In this document: in pieces, positions 25,801 through 38,749 of the stretch
How the letters are laid out: each line of letters opens with the position of its first letter
How positions within the stretch are numbered: position 1 is the first letter of the stretch
NCBI GenBank assembly: GCA_048772705.1
Contig: JBLWGC010000213.1
Location: 186,001 to 250,000, forward strand
Source of the DNA: Leidyana gryllorum EB-2025a
Taxonomy: Eukaryota; Protista; Apicomplexa
Reading direction: 5' to 3'
DNA length: 64,000 nucleotides
Translations under genes and position numbers: made by a program
Notes under the pieces: generated by a model
Seen by the model: only the letters and a program-made list of their open reading frames with translations
What the model was told of the DNA's origin: nothing
Database searches by the model: none

Positions 25801-26900
25801 ATGAGAGGCGGTGCAGGTGAGAGTTTTACACATTGTGGGCCCCATTGATCGGTCGCAGGCGGACGTGGCGTTTTCGGAGGCGGCCGTGGAGGCTCTAGTC
25901 GCGGAGGCGCATTCGGCGGTGGTCGCGGTGGCTCCTTTGGTGGTGGTCGCGGTGGCTCCTTTGGCGGTGGCGGTGGCCGCGGTGGCGGGTTTGGCGGTGG
26001 ACGTGGGGGCGGCCGTGGCGGGCGTGGAGCTCCTCGCGGTCGTGGTGGCGCGCGCGGCGGCCCCGGCTTGAAGCCCGGTGCCAAGGTGGCCGTGGTCCCT
26101 CACCACCGGTTCGAAGGAGTCTTCCTGGCGAAAGGAAAGGGCGATTCCCTGGTGACCCGCAATATGGTCCCGGGTGAATCAGTTTATGCTGAGAAGCGCG
26201 TTGACGTTGTAGACCTCAATGGAGAGAAAGTAGAATACAGAATGTGGAACCCGTTCAGAAGCAAGCTAGGAGCGGCAATCCTCGGCGGTGTGTCTCAGAT
26301 GCCCGTCAAGCCCGGCGCCAAGGTGCTCTATCTGGGGGCAGCCAACGGCACCACCGTCAGCCACGTCTCAGATGTGGTCGGACCAGAAGGAGTCGTGTAT
26401 GCTGTGGAATTCTCGCATAGATCAGGAAGAGACTTGACTGATATGGTAAGTATCAATCGAGATGCCACCCAATTCACTCTTTATATATAGGCTAAGAAAA
26501 GACCCAATATCGTTCCCATTGTCGAAGATGCTCGCACACCCACCAAGTATCGCATGCTGGTTGGGATGGTAGACGTCATATTCGCCGATGTAGCCCAACC
26601 GGACCAGAGTCGCATTGTTGCACTGAACGCTCACTATTTCCTCAAGCCCAATGGCCATTTCGTCATTGCCATCAAAGCCAACTGTGTGGACTCTACCGCC
26701 GCCCCAGAAGCCGTTTTCGCCAGTAAGGAAGAAGGAATGCTGTCGTTGTTGTAATACGCTTTTGTTTCACCCCGTCAGGCGAGATAGATGCGCTCAAGAA
26801 GGAAAAATGCAAAGCGGAGGAGCAAATGAGTCTGGAACCGTACCACAGAGATCACTGTGTCGTGATCGGTCGTTATAGAGCCATAAAGGAGGGGAAATAG
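25801..26900 (+). CDS. FBL: Fibrillarin (rRNA 2'-O-methyltransferase)
   Basis: GAR/RGG N-terminus, [33 protein letters not shown] and ADVAQPDQ; 3 introns. Confidence 0.97.
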
Positions 26901-26924
26901 GGCTTTTTTGTGTCCATGTGACCT

Positions 26925-27547
26925 ATGGAGAACAAACAGGTGGCAATTGAGTCGATTTGTCGTTATATCAGTAACTGTGCGCAATGCGTGTCACTTGCTG
27001 AACGTATAGGCCGAATGGCCTATAAATGCCAGTGGTGCTCGTCTGGTGCCGACTCGGGAGGCAACATGCGTAAGGCTGAAATGTGGTCGTGTGTATTAAT
27101 TACTATTACTCTTTGAGTCGTTTCCTTCACTTCGCTTCGTTTCCTTCACTTCACTTAACCCCACTTCACTCCACTTAACTTCCCCCCTCAATAAATCGCC
27201 CACTTTAATCCACCAACCCCTTTCATCCCACCCACTACTCACTCCACTCACTTGGCTGTTCGCTTCTGATCTTTGTTCCCATAGGGGGTGCTTGCTTCCT
27301 GCCAGAGCTCGAAAGATGCGATTACACGATAGTTGACGCAGCGGGGGAATGTCCCAGCCACAAATGGAAAAATATCGCCTTGGCAACAGTGGCTCTATCT
27401 GGTATCATCTTCCTAGCGATATTCCACTTGGGTTATTTCGTTCTCAAGTTTTTCGAGGCGCTCATTCGCGACTCCAGGCGTGAGCAGGCACGACGAGACC
27501 AAGCTGAACAGCTCTTGGCCGAGTTTGCGGGAGATCACAAAGCCTGA
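26925..27547 (+). CDS. Small PSI-domain single-TM protein (PTTG1IP-like architecture)
   Basis: Exon 1 CRYISNCAQCV...CQWC joined by intron 27069-27284 to GACFLPELERC...ECP, a TM helix (IALATVALSGIIFLAIFHLGYFVL) and a charged tail. Confidence 0.6.
27120..27255. repeat. Degenerate 5-bp (CACTT)n pyrimidine-rich tract inside a 216-nt intron
   Basis: ttccttcacttcgcttcgtttccttcacttcacttaaccccacttcactccactt. Confidence 0.6.
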
Positions 27548-27594
27548 CACCTGTGGGACTACGTATTTTTACATGCATCTGCGACTCCATAAGA

Positions 27595-29649
27595 ATGACT
27601 TTGCCACAAGACATCGCGATGACAATTGATAGTCGTTCCTCACTACGATCCTACCCTACATTGTCTCCCAATTACTCGCCGCCCCAAACTACTACGTCCA
27701 CCGATTCAGATCTCTACAGTTCGAGTTCCATTATGGGGGAAGTTACTGGCCAACAACTCGACGACGACGATCTTCGCCAACATCGACATCACTATGAACA
27801 ACAGCCTCCCCCCTCACCTTCCCCCCTCACAACAGAGGAGTTAGGCCTCGGGGATCCCCCCTGTCTCGCCTCTGCCTTGCGGAACTTTGTTGACCAGCAG
27901 TTCGGGGGTAAAGCCGAAATCATTTGTGTACCGAGCGTCCTCTGGGCCGACACTTGTCGACCAGTTCCCGGCTGGTACGGTCTCTTCAAACCCCCTCCGA
28001 GTCGATGGCTTTTACGTCAACCGTTCAATCGCAAACGTTCCCGAGGAGGTGTGCTCCCTCGCATGCGCGCTCCTGAATGACAACTCCTTCCTCTTTCATA
28101 TGTTCTCGACACACTATCGGTGAGAAAGGACAGATTCTCCGTGTCGACGCTTCTGTTTCTCACCCACAGGAACCCCAAGTGCTGCGGACAGCGCGCGAAT
28201 ATTGGAGAGACTTAAAGGAGCGGGGTGTCCGACTCTCCCTTCTTCGGCGTTGCTGTCCAAGCGGATCGAAGTGAGGAAAGCCGCCTTGTCCAACAGCTTC
28301 CAAACCCCTCGTGCCTCGTTTGACCCCACCCCAGCGACGGTTCCGTCTCCCACTGGAATACAGGCAGTGGTGGCCCATGACTCCACTGGCAGTAGCAGTG
28401 AACTGAGTGACCCGTCCGTATGGGATCAATTAGGTCAAGAGACTCCCCGGCATCATGATCCTCAATTGTGGTCCGTCAAGCCCGCCGCAAGTGCTCAATG
28501 TTCAACGAGTATGGGCATGACAGCCACGAATAGGAGTGCCCAGTCGCGCTCCCTCGAAATTATACATGAAGAATGTAAGCGACCGCCCAGTTTGTTCTGC
28601 TGCTTTCCACCGGTAAATATCTCACAGTCAACAACTCGGGGTCGAACTCTGTCTGTTCGGCCTCCTCCATGGCCGCATCGACTGCTCAAAGCGAAGCGCT
28701 CCCGCAGCGAACCACCAGACCTCCATTGACTTCGTCGCGTACCTTAATCCCAGGAAGGAAGACTTCGCAGATCGTTATCGATGGTCCAGCTGACGTCCTA
28801 GTGCCGATGCAGGCGGATGACCATCTCACGACCAGCGTCTCTGCTCTCTGCCGGGTCAACAGCTTATGCGAGGTTCCAGAGATTCGACTCCCCCTCCGAG
28901 CGGCCGTCGCTCGAGCCAACGTTCCACCATCATCGGGACGTTCACAGAGCACCAACCATCAACATCATCATCATTCTGCCGATCCTTTGATCTCATTGTA
29001 TTCAACTTTTCGGACCGGATCGCGCCCCCGCGATTGGATCCGGGCTGTACAGGCTCACTGCGACCCTCATAACTTCTTGTCTTTCATCAACCCCAGTGCC
29101 GAAAGGCAGAAACTACTCATTCAATGTGCGCTACTTCTAGTTTGGCCTGAACCACTTATCAGGGGCCCCCCTCCTCACTATCTGGAATTGCCCTGGGGCG
29201 TACCCCCCCTCAAACGCCTCGATATCACACAAGTTTGCGATGCTGAGAAGGTACTACGCGCTCAGTGCTGCAGACGCGTCATTAGTGAGTATATTCACTC
29301 CCAAATGCGGTCCACCTGCGAGCAACGAGAAGACCAGTTACCCACCACAACAACATCCTGGACGCTCACCCATATCATCAAAAGACCTCTAATACCCCCA
29401 GCGGTGCAGTGCTCAGATCAAACGGACGAATGGACGCCATCCAATGGCAAAATGTATTGGTTTCCGACACGCATCGTCCCAAGAGCTCCGTCTCTTCGCA
29501 AACACAGCTCCCCTGCTGCTGCTGCGGTTGGGTCGTCCAAACACACTGGTCTCCTCACCTCCATCGTTAGGTTTGTTAACAAGGGTCAAACGCCGCCGCA
29601 TCAAAGTTTTGATCTCACCAATCTCCTGAGTCAAATTCTGCCACTTTGA
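27595..29649 (+). CDS. Hypothetical protein (multi-exon, Ser/Pro-rich)
   Basis: Successive + ORFs (27553-28080, 28202-28729, 28669-29649) with plausible GT-AG introns; could be more than one gene. Confidence 0.45.
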
Positions 29650-30221
29650 AGGGTTGCCATAGCAGAGGACGGGGTCGACATTGACAAATGTCCAGACAAA
29701 CAAGATGGACTTGCGCCTCCTCCACATGAACTGCACCCATACTGAGGTTCTGTTAGGTATATATTTGGATCTCTGAGAGATAATCGTTGTTTTGTGACAG
29801 ACCACCACCAATTGCAAACAATATTTGACAGCATCCATATAAGGCCTCCCGAAACAAAGGGCACACCAGACAAGTCAACTTTGCTCTCATTGCTGATTGC
29901 TGATCGTGTAACAACCCTTTGCGCGGACGGGCGGGCGCGCGCGTGCGTGCGTGTGTGGACACGCCGCAGTATCATATGACAAAAACCCATGCTGCGGCTT
30001 TTAGCTGCTCACCTGAGCATAGCGTATCCATGAGGGCCCATAATAGGGCGACCGTTCTCGTCCTCAGCAGCGATTTGTTGTAGTACGGGTTTGGACTCGG
30101 ATGGTGGGCTCGGGGGAATGTTTTCCTCCTGGAATGCATCGCACATCGATCTCCCCCAATAGAACGACGCAGTAAGGCTTGCAGCGAGGAGACCTCCAGC
30201 TGTGACGAGGAGAAAAGCCAT
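29631..30221 (-). CDS. Small hypothetical membrane/secreted protein, 2 exons
   Basis: Hydrophobic start MAFLLVTAGGLLAASLTASFYW; an intron ~29917-30012 joins it in frame to ORF 29631-29990. Confidence 0.45.
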
Positions 30222-30279
30222 GGTGCGACTGGTCGCACGATTTATATTGGCACTCGGTCCGTCAATTTTGGTCACCTCA

Positions 30280-31278
30280 TTATACAGTCGTGGCCTTATG
30301 TAAATCCAGGGAGGATTGTACAGCTGTGATTGGCACGAGCTCTTCACCGCGTGCCTTATCGTCAACTTTGACCAGCGACTGGCCGACTGTGATGAACAAA
30401 TAGTGGTAGTATGTGTAGTAGCCTATCAATCCCAAGATGTACCCAAGAATGGCCCCTGCCACTACATCACTTGGGTGATGACGGTGGTCGACTATCCGGG
30501 TCCCTCCTACAAACCCGGGGACCAGGAAGGCTAAGAATATCGAGACAGTCATCGATACCCCAGGAGCAGTGAGCAAGCCTCGAAGGATGCGACGCCACCG
30601 CCTGTCGGTCATGCCTTTCTTGTCCGCAGTACACCGCACGGTGCTTCCGACCCTCCATAAGTACAGAGCAGAGCATAGACATACGCTCGCGAAGTAGGAT
30701 GTATGTCCAGATGGGAAGGACTTGCGGGAATCTACGAGTTGAGCTCGGCTAGTCAATCCCGAAGTCTCACAGTGCGGTGAGAGCGCCATCGCTTCTTCGA
30801 TCTCTGCCAAGGTAGGTATGCTTTGGTCGAGGAAGAGTGATGGGTAACATCTATTGAAATAGTCGGGCCGAGGTCGTGGTATAAAGAGCTTCAGCAGGTT
30901 GGTGACCACAGCAGCTGTCAAGAAGGCAAAGCTCGAGGCGAGACCGAAATAGATCAGTTCGAGGAAGGCGGTTTTGATCGTGAATTGTCGTCGGGGCGAG
31001 AAGGACAGCAGAAGGCAGCCCCAGAGACCCGCGAGTACCGCGACCGCAATGACCAGAGGGACGAGGATAGATCCGGGTATCATGGGGTTCGGGTTGAAAG
31101 GATAGCTGTACTCAGGCCATTGGCTTATTTGGCCATTATATTCCCTAATGGGCTTCGTGAGACGCACCGTGGCCCAGGTGGCCAATAAGAGAGCCCGAAC
31201 GATGACTTCTCCGGCAAAGAAACTGCTTAGAAGGAGTCCAATTATTGAGTCGAACTGATATTGTACTCGTGGCTTCAT
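30280..31278 (-). CDS. PAP2-family lipid phosphate phosphatase
   Basis: Catalytic motifs KLFIPRPRP, SFPSGH and TRIVDHRHHPSDV; about 6 TM helices; likely ATG at 31278. Confidence 0.92.
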   Translation of the reverse strand: MKPRVQYQFDSIIGLLLSSFFAGEVIVRALLLATWATVRLTKPIREYNGQISQWPEYSYPFNPNPMIPGSILVPLVIAVAVLAGLWGCLLLSFSPRRQFTIKTAFLELIYFGLASSFAFLTAAVVTNLLKLFIPRPRPDYFNRCYPSLFLDQSIPTLAEIEEAMALSPHCETSGLTSRAQLVDSRKSFPSGHTSYFASVCLCSALYLWRVGSTVRCTADKKGMTDRRWRRILRGLLTAPGVSMTVSIFLAFLVPGFVGGTRIVDHRHHPSDVVAGAILGYILGLIGYYTYYHYLFITVGQSLVKVDDKARGEELVPITAVQSSLDLHKATTV

Positions 31279-31304
31279 GAAGTGTGGCGGAGAAATTTTT
31301 GAGC
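31279..31304. promoter_or_regulatory. Putative 26-bp bidirectional promoter (PAP2/PNO1) containing AATTTTTGAGC
   Basis: Only sequence between the two inferred start codons; the motif recurs as the exact reverse complement at 17415-17425. Confidence 0.45.
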
Positions 31305-32147
31305 ATGGAGGAGTACGGCAAGAAGAAGAAGTCACGCTCAAAGACTCCGAAAGCTCCTTACAAGGATGAGTCGATGGAAGATGAGCACATGGAGATGATA
31401 AAGGAAGTTGTCCCAACCGTCCTGGCTCCACTTTCAGCAGAAGTCCAGATGGCTGAGATGGAGGAGGAGAATCAGGCCGTGACTGAACAGTTCACTGCCA
31501 TTGGTGCTCAGAGCATCACAGCTAGTGGAGTGCAAGCCGTTCCAATGAGAGAGGGGGCGATAAAAATGAGACGGATCCCCGTTCCCCCCAACCGTCAGAC
31601 ACCTCTGAAAGCTAACTGGGAGGAACTGATAGAGCCATTGGTGGTTCAGATGAAGCTGCAAGTGCGCTTCAATACCGCTACTCGCAATGTGGAAATCAGA
31701 CCCGCTCCCTCCAACCAAGGCAATGACGCTTCTCTGGAAAAGGCAGCCGAATATGTCAGAGCATTCCTTCTTGGATTCAGTTTGATCGATATAACAGCCC
31801 TCCTGAGAATGGAAGACATGTTCTTGCAGTCCTTTAGGGTAAGAATGGATCTTTTGGCGCACACTATATTCTGATTTGTGCAGGTGACTGATGTCAAGCG
31901 ATTGGTTAATGACAATTTGGGTCGTGCTATTGGGCGCATAGCCGGCAAAGACGGGAAGACTAAGTATGCTATAGAGAACGCAACACGCACCCGGATAGTA
32001 ATTGCTGATAGACAAATTCACTTGATGGGATCCGCTGAGAACATCATCTTGGCCAGAGACTCAATCTGCTCCCTCATTCTCGGAACTCCACCCGGGAAGG
32101 TGTACAATCACCTTAGAGTTGTAGCTCGCAGACAAAAGGAGCGCTAA
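31305..32147 (+). CDS. PNO1: Pre-rRNA-processing KH protein PNO1/Dim2
   Basis: RRIPVPPNRQTPLKANW, RAIGRIAGKDGKTKYAIENATRTRIV and GTPPGKVY; intron 31839-31883. Confidence 0.95.
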
Positions 32148-35100
32148 TCCCGCTTCACCAGCCAATTGCGTCGTTGCTCAATCCACTGCAAGATTTTATC
32201 ACTAACCATCTATTCACCATTCGCTTCTCACCTCTTTCGTAGTTCTCTCTAATTCACTCGGTACCATCCACACTGGGTGGGTAGGTAAGAACTTCTCGCC
32301 ATTTGTCACTGGTATCGTCCACTGCAAAATGAAGCGTCACACACGCGCTGCACACACAGAGACACGCTCACCTTTCCGCTTTTCACTCGCTCAGCACGAC
32401 TCGGGTCCAACACCGGATCCAATAGCGTCCGCTCAGGTAGATAGACCCTCTTCGCCATCTGTAACTCACTATATGCGTCCAGCAACTTGAGTTGATCCCC
32501 TTTTGGGGTTCCACTCATCGACCAAGGCATCAAGCACAGAGATCGTATGTCACGGGCGGTGCCTGTCACGCATTCCTGGTGAAGGACATGCGACGGATTC
32601 ACCCGCTCCCGTGATTCAGTGATGTCCAGCTTGTCCAAACAATTAGGCTCGGTACACACGCGTCTCAGCAACTCGGCCATACCGCAGGCGTCATACAAAG
32701 TGACTTTCCGCACCCGTTCCTTGGTATGGATGGCCTGTCTATAACACTCGCTGGGCAGCAGGAAGCTCGGCTTGTCTGCAAAGGATGTGTCGCAGATCAA
32801 AGGGGACAGGTCATCGAGGAACGTCAGACAGAGGCCCCCCCTTAGGCTCTGTGCGGCTGCAGTCAGACGATCCCAGTCTCTGGGCTTCGCTTTGACGCAC
32901 TGTAAGAGCATCGCATTGTGGGGGGTCTTCTGGCTCTCAGACAGAAGCCGGTAGTTGAGTACCATTCCACTCAGGTCCTCAAACTTGCCCGTCCCATACG
33001 CCTGGAAGACGCTGCTCAGGTATGATTCACGGAACTGCACATAGTTCTGCTCATCTTGGGGGCTGTTATACCTGTCATTGCGCGTGTCGTGAGGGTTCAA
33101 GTCGGTGTGTGTGTGACTTACGGTGGAGCGGCCCAGCGCGTGGTACCAGCCTCTCGGATCCACCGCAATGAGACTTCCTGGACGCTGCGAATGGCCAATG
33201 CGTTCATCCAAGCGCGCCACTCTTTCAAATGGCCGAGATAGACATCCGTTGTTGTCAGCAACAAGACCAGGACGGGACAGAGGTGTACCGGATCCATTGC
33301 GAGTCGCGCTTGCAGAAAGTCCATGATGAACTGTTTGAGGAAGCGATTGACGTCTATTGTGGCTGAGTCCATAACATTACGTTTGGACCCATCCAGGAGG
33401 GCCGCTTCGACCGCCAACATTATGAAGGGCTCAACGACATTGAAGGAGCTTCTCCACAGCCACTTTTGCAGGTGATCAACAGGCCCGACTTGTAGATGTT
33501 CCCACAAGGCTTCAATCTGTTGCAGTACGAATTGCGAAATAACAGAGTCTCCAATGTGCGACACGTCGCCGGTCAATGAATCTGAAGTCGCAGCAAAGAT
33601 GTTGGTGGGACAGGACACATCGCAGACCTCACCCAATTGAATAACCAGTCGTGCGAGTACCAAAAACTTGCACACTCCTCCAGTGTTAGCCTTCAGGATG
33701 CCGCCTTCTGCTGAAACTTGGCCAACAGTGGCGCCCAAATGGTCGAGCAGACCTTTCCGCAAAGTATACATTCCTCGCCTCTGCTTCGACAAGGCCATGG
33801 CGACCACGAGCCCGCGGCAGTCGCTATAGGTCAATGCCCATCTTTTCGTGTCCAGCGGTTCCGCCTTGATGAGACAATTGCACAGCTCAGCAGCCTGTGA
33901 CTCTGTCAACATGTCCGGGCCCAAATTGGCGATAAATCTGCTGAGCCCGGCGATTCGAGCATCCAGTGTTAAGCTCTCTTTCCGCAAACACTCTGAGAAG
34001 AGGAGATCCACTCTCTCTCTCTGCTCAGTACTCGACTCGAACTGACTCGTCAACCGACCAAATAAGCCCAAAGCCAAAGAGAAGGGCCAAACCTCGTAGC
34101 TGCCGAGACATTCACTCTGGACGCTCACACGCACACACAATCAAACTCACGGGCTGAGCTCGGGGGCCATAATTGGGGTTAAGGCGCCGACGGCGAAATC
34201 GAGTTTTTCCTTTGCGGAGGGTCGTTTCCGGATGTCAACCGCCAACGAGACGACTTCCACTCTCCAAGCGTTGAAGCTCTCGATTTCGAGAGCCAACGAG
34301 TTCATATCTCGAACCGCAGCCTTACAGATGTCTGTGGAGGAAGGTCGGGGTGTGAGTGCGTGGGTGGGAGTCGACACTCACCGTCCAAAGCTTTCTGGGC
34401 GTCTGCCAACGGCACAATCTCCAGATACGCCTCCCGCATGAGCCAGAGACGCAGTCGACACCAATAGACTGTGGAGGATCGCTGATGATTGGGGGGGAGG
34501 CTAAGGTTTCTTACGCGCAGTGATTAATGATTTGTTGGTACGCTCATCGGGGTGGCGTAGAGGGGCATTACGGAGACATTCCCACTCATCTGTGACCTCC
34601 TGAACGAGAGTGGCGGCGACTCCCAGCTGAACATTGGCCCGTTTTTCCTCCTTTTCAGTGATACTGGGCTCCTGTCGAGTCAAGGCTGCCTCGTACAAGA
34701 GACACCAGGCTTCACGGAGTTTGTCAGTGGCCCGACTGACAAAGGGGAGGCCCGGCTGGGCACGACACAGACGTGCGAGGTTGGCTAGACGGCCCAAGAT
34801 TTGACGCAACGGCCAGGGCGTGGCCTTCTGCTCAAAGGCCATACCCTCTGCCATCATGTAACCGATGCCCGCAAAGAGGAGCTCCCGATAGTTCTCTTCT
34901 TTGGATAAAACGTACTGACCAACGAGATCGCATATCTCGCCCATACTCGGACCTGGAAGAAGAGAGTGGAGAGAAAGATCACACCGTTCGTCTTACCCCA
35001 GCCGAGGGCCACTAGGACGTCCAAAACGAGTGAAGCAACATGCTGGAAGTTGTCAATAAAAGCTTCATTCGCAGCATAGCTCTCTGGTGTGGTAATGGTA

Positions 35101-35426
35101 CTAATGGCCGTAGCACCTTCCCGAAGGAGTTTGAGGAGTTCAGGGATCAATGTTTGAAGTCGAGGTATTGTGTCCGGGTCCGGAGAGTTGCGATACAGAA
35201 GACTAATCTCCCATCCCCTGCCATTCCGAATAATACCAGAACCAGCGCAACACGTCATTTCTTACATTACCCACGCTTTGCCTTCATTGTTAGTTGGTGG
35301 AGTCCATTTAGTCAGCACTCGCAGCCCCTTGGCCCACTGTCTCTGTGAGATTAGTGGCTGTAACTGACGCCGGACCTTCGCCGGAGGGACGAAATAGGGA
35401 ACTATCGGGTTTGTGAGCGCCTGCAT
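32144..35426 (-). CDS. Large multi-exon hypothetical alpha-helical protein
   Basis: Chain of - strand ORFs (34854-35258, 34501-34944, 34147-34377, 33118-34140, 32306-33220) with GT-AG junctions; both ends inferred. Confidence 0.5.
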
Positions 35427-35689
35427 CAGCACTTTTTTTCGGCCTCGACACTACTTGGTCAACTAGACATACTCTCAGACCAATGTCAGAACTACTGCAA
35501 AAACGCTCTCACCACACCCAACACCAACTCCACTCAGAACAAACACACAAAATCTCCACCCACGACGACGACGACGTCTCAGATCAACGAGTATGCTGTC
35601 GCCAGGAGACACAGTGAGTGACGGTTATTGTCCTATATATACACACACGCGCGCACACACGCGATTGGTCAATGTCAGTCAATGTTTCA

Positions 35690-38393
35690 CTAAGCGGGTG
35701 GTGCTTCTTCTGTGATCCTAATGGTTAGAATTTTGATATCTTTCAATGGTCTGTCTTCCAGGTTAGTGCGCGTTTCTTCAATCTCGTGGACAACACTCTG
35801 ACCCTCTTCGACTCGGCCGAACACAGTGTGTTTGCCGTCCAAGAAGGGAGTGGGAACTGTGGTGATGAAGAACTGCGATCCGTTGGTATTGGGCCCGGCA
35901 TTGGCCATTGACACAGTGTACGGTCTATCGTGCTTCAGCTTCCGGCAGAACTCGTCCGCGAACTCTCCGCCCCAGATCGACTCGCCTCCGGTACCGTCTC
36001 CACGCGGATCGCCCGTCTGCACCATGAATCCCCGAATTACCCGATGGAAGACGATCCCATCGTAGTATTTTCGCTGAGCGTGGACAGCAAAGTTCTCCAC
36101 TGTTCTCGGACACTCGTCGGGGAAGAGTGTGATCTTGATGTCTCCGTATGTGGTATGTATGGTGGCACGGGTCGCTCGTCTGATCAGAAGCTGCTTTGAC
36201 TCCTCGCCACCCGGAGCGGCGGATTTGTATTGGCCCGCAGTGATACTCGCCTCCTCGGTGTTGAGCGTCTCATTTTGTGAGTCCCGCGTCGCATCGATTG
36301 GCACTTCGTAGGGGGTGAAAACATAAAATCTCGCTGATTTGTAGGCCGTGGCGACGAGCAGCGGGACTTGGACGGACTGCTCAGTGTACCCAGACGCGGA
36401 AGTGAAGCCGAGGAGTCGGGAACCGCTCTGTGCATTGGGCACGAGAGCGAGAGTGGTGAATCGCAGCGAGGATTCATTCTTCCCGATGGCACCCACCACC
36501 TTGTTATCGGCCAACCGAAGGACTTTCATCCCCACCATAGTGGGATAGATAAGAAACTGTTGCGTTTCATCGAAAACGAGAGTCTGGCGACAATGAGAGT
36601 CTCCGATAATCTCTTTTTCGGATACGACTCGTTTGTCAAAGTCCGCTTGAGGCAGTTTGACGACAGAGTGTTCGGTGGACTTGGCTTGCAGCTCCACCTG
36701 GGCGGAGACACTCTCATCGATCACTTTCCGTATCTTTCCGGTTTGGACTCGTAGCACTCGCAGTTTGCCGTCGGCTCCGAGTATAGCGAGATTCCGTCCC
36801 ATGGGACAGAGATTCATCGCGGTGGCGTAGGTTTTATCCTTTTGCAGACAATAGAGATCAGTCTCAGACTTGAATGTGAACTTGAGAAAGTTGGGATGTG
36901 ATTTGGAGTTGGCCGCCGGGTACCCCTGGTGGAAGTCCGGGACCCAAAACTCTATTCCGCCAGCCTTGTCTGTGCTGATGACGAAGCCGCCCGGATGATT
37001 GAGCATTATGTGGACTCCATTCTTGAGATGGCGTTTGAAAGGCGGTATTTTCTTCAACGCGGGCGAGTCTATCAGGGGGACCAGGTGGACTACCGGACTG
37101 TCACGATCCGATCTGTGTGGGGGTAAAAGATTGAATGATCGATTATTCTCACTTACACGGCGACGAGAGAATCGTTTCGGTCTGGGCCCTCGATGAAAAT
37201 GGCGCATTCTGGGGCAAAGGACAATTCTGTCCGATGTATCATATCAAAGTCAATGATATTATAGAGCTTCAGAGTGTTGTCATGCTGACCCACACTCAAC
37301 AATTGACTCTCATTCCCGTTAACGGTCATTGACTGCACCGGACCCACGTGAGCGCGGTACGTCTTGACGAACTCTAACCCCTGATTCCGCCGCTTCCAAA
37401 ACTTGACGTGGCCATCAAGTGATCCCGTCATTACAAACTCACAGCTCCGTGACACTGACACTGACACAACGAGGGAGAAACGGGTTGTGTCTTGAGAGTG
37501 GGCGAACACCATTTCGGCTTACCGTGAGTGACAGCTCGTCGATGCATGAAAGACTGAGTATATGTTCGAGACAGAGGCACACCAGCAATCACGTGCTGTC
37601 CGTCACTGGGCGGCCCATCACTCATCATATTCGCTTCTGCCACTCTGGACCGTTTCGAAGGCTGGCCAGGGGTGGTGGAATCGACCTTCAAGCCGCGTTT
37701 CCCTCCAGCATCCACGTTTTCCTCCCTCACAGAGTCTGGTTCTGGGGCAGAAGTCTTAGCACCCTGAAGATTCTCGGCATCCGCGCCATCTTCAACATCC
37801 GGGGCATTCGAGGTATCTTGACTGCTCGACTCAGCCGGGCTGTTTTGCCCGTCTTTCCGATCCCGAACCAGCTCTGCTTCGCCAGCCTCTGCTTCGCATC
37901 TGTCTCCCAGCCCAGCAGTGCCCACAGACTCTTTTTGAACGCCCCGTAGTCTGCGCTTAGCACCTTCTTTGCCCTCATTGGGTTCTTCAGAATCTTTGGC
38001 ATTGGGCAGATTGGGTCCACCAGCTCCACTGCTTTGCTCGTCACGTCCAACGCTTCGATTGCCTTCGCCCTCCACCACTCTGTCTCCACGTTTTTCAGCA
38101 ACTCCGTCGGTATGTTCGCCCATTCCTCTGTCAACGACATTATCCGCCTGACTGGAGCCATCAACTCGTCCAGCGAGCTCATCCCCCGGCGGATCAGAAG
38201 TGTTTGGCATCGGTCCACCGCCGGGATTCGTGGGCGAAGAACAGAACTCATGCGATTTGGACGTAAGTGCTCTTTCTTTTTGCTCTATTGGGTTGGGCAG
38301 CGCTTCGCTCACCGCAACACTCTGACTGGGAGCTAAAGCCGAGTCTTTTGGCTCAAAGGAACGTTCACTTTTATGATCCTCGTTGGGAATCAT
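35690..38393 (-). CDS. PPWD1: WD40-repeat cyclophilin PPWD1 with acidic N-terminal extension
   Basis: [10 protein letters not shown]...[17 protein letters not shown]; cyclophilin [32 protein letters not shown] and KHTVFG. Confidence 0.93.
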
Positions 38394-38749
38394 CTCGCAC
38401 AACCACAAAAGTAGTGAAAACTGTCTGGTTGCTTATGACCTCAAAGTCTTGAGCACCGATCATTGCTGTCAGATTAGGCAGCGGCCTTTGCACCTCATCG
38501 ATCGGCGGGCTCATAACCAGAAGTGTGCGCCTTTGAGAGCACACACTCTCAAAAACAGTGCCAGTGGTTGGGGTTTCGCGCGAGTTCCGCCACCATGAAT
38601 TCGCAGTCAGCTCGGGCGGGTTCCGCCTGCGCGCATCAGCCTCACCAGCGCGGCTCCCAAACTATGTTTGACGGACTTGAGAGATTCTCAACTGGGACCG
38701 CGCCTGGTTCCTGGCGAGCCGGCTACGCCATGGATGGGTCTTTCTTTTC

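Noticed and set aside
25699-26106. Pro-rich and Ala/Thr-rich ORFs on the - strand
   Set aside because: Antisense shadows of the fibrillarin GAR repeat
27069-27284. Intronic snoRNA next to fibrillarin
   Set aside because: No clear box C (RTGATGA) paired with box D, and no H/ACA hairpins; the length is explained by simple repeats
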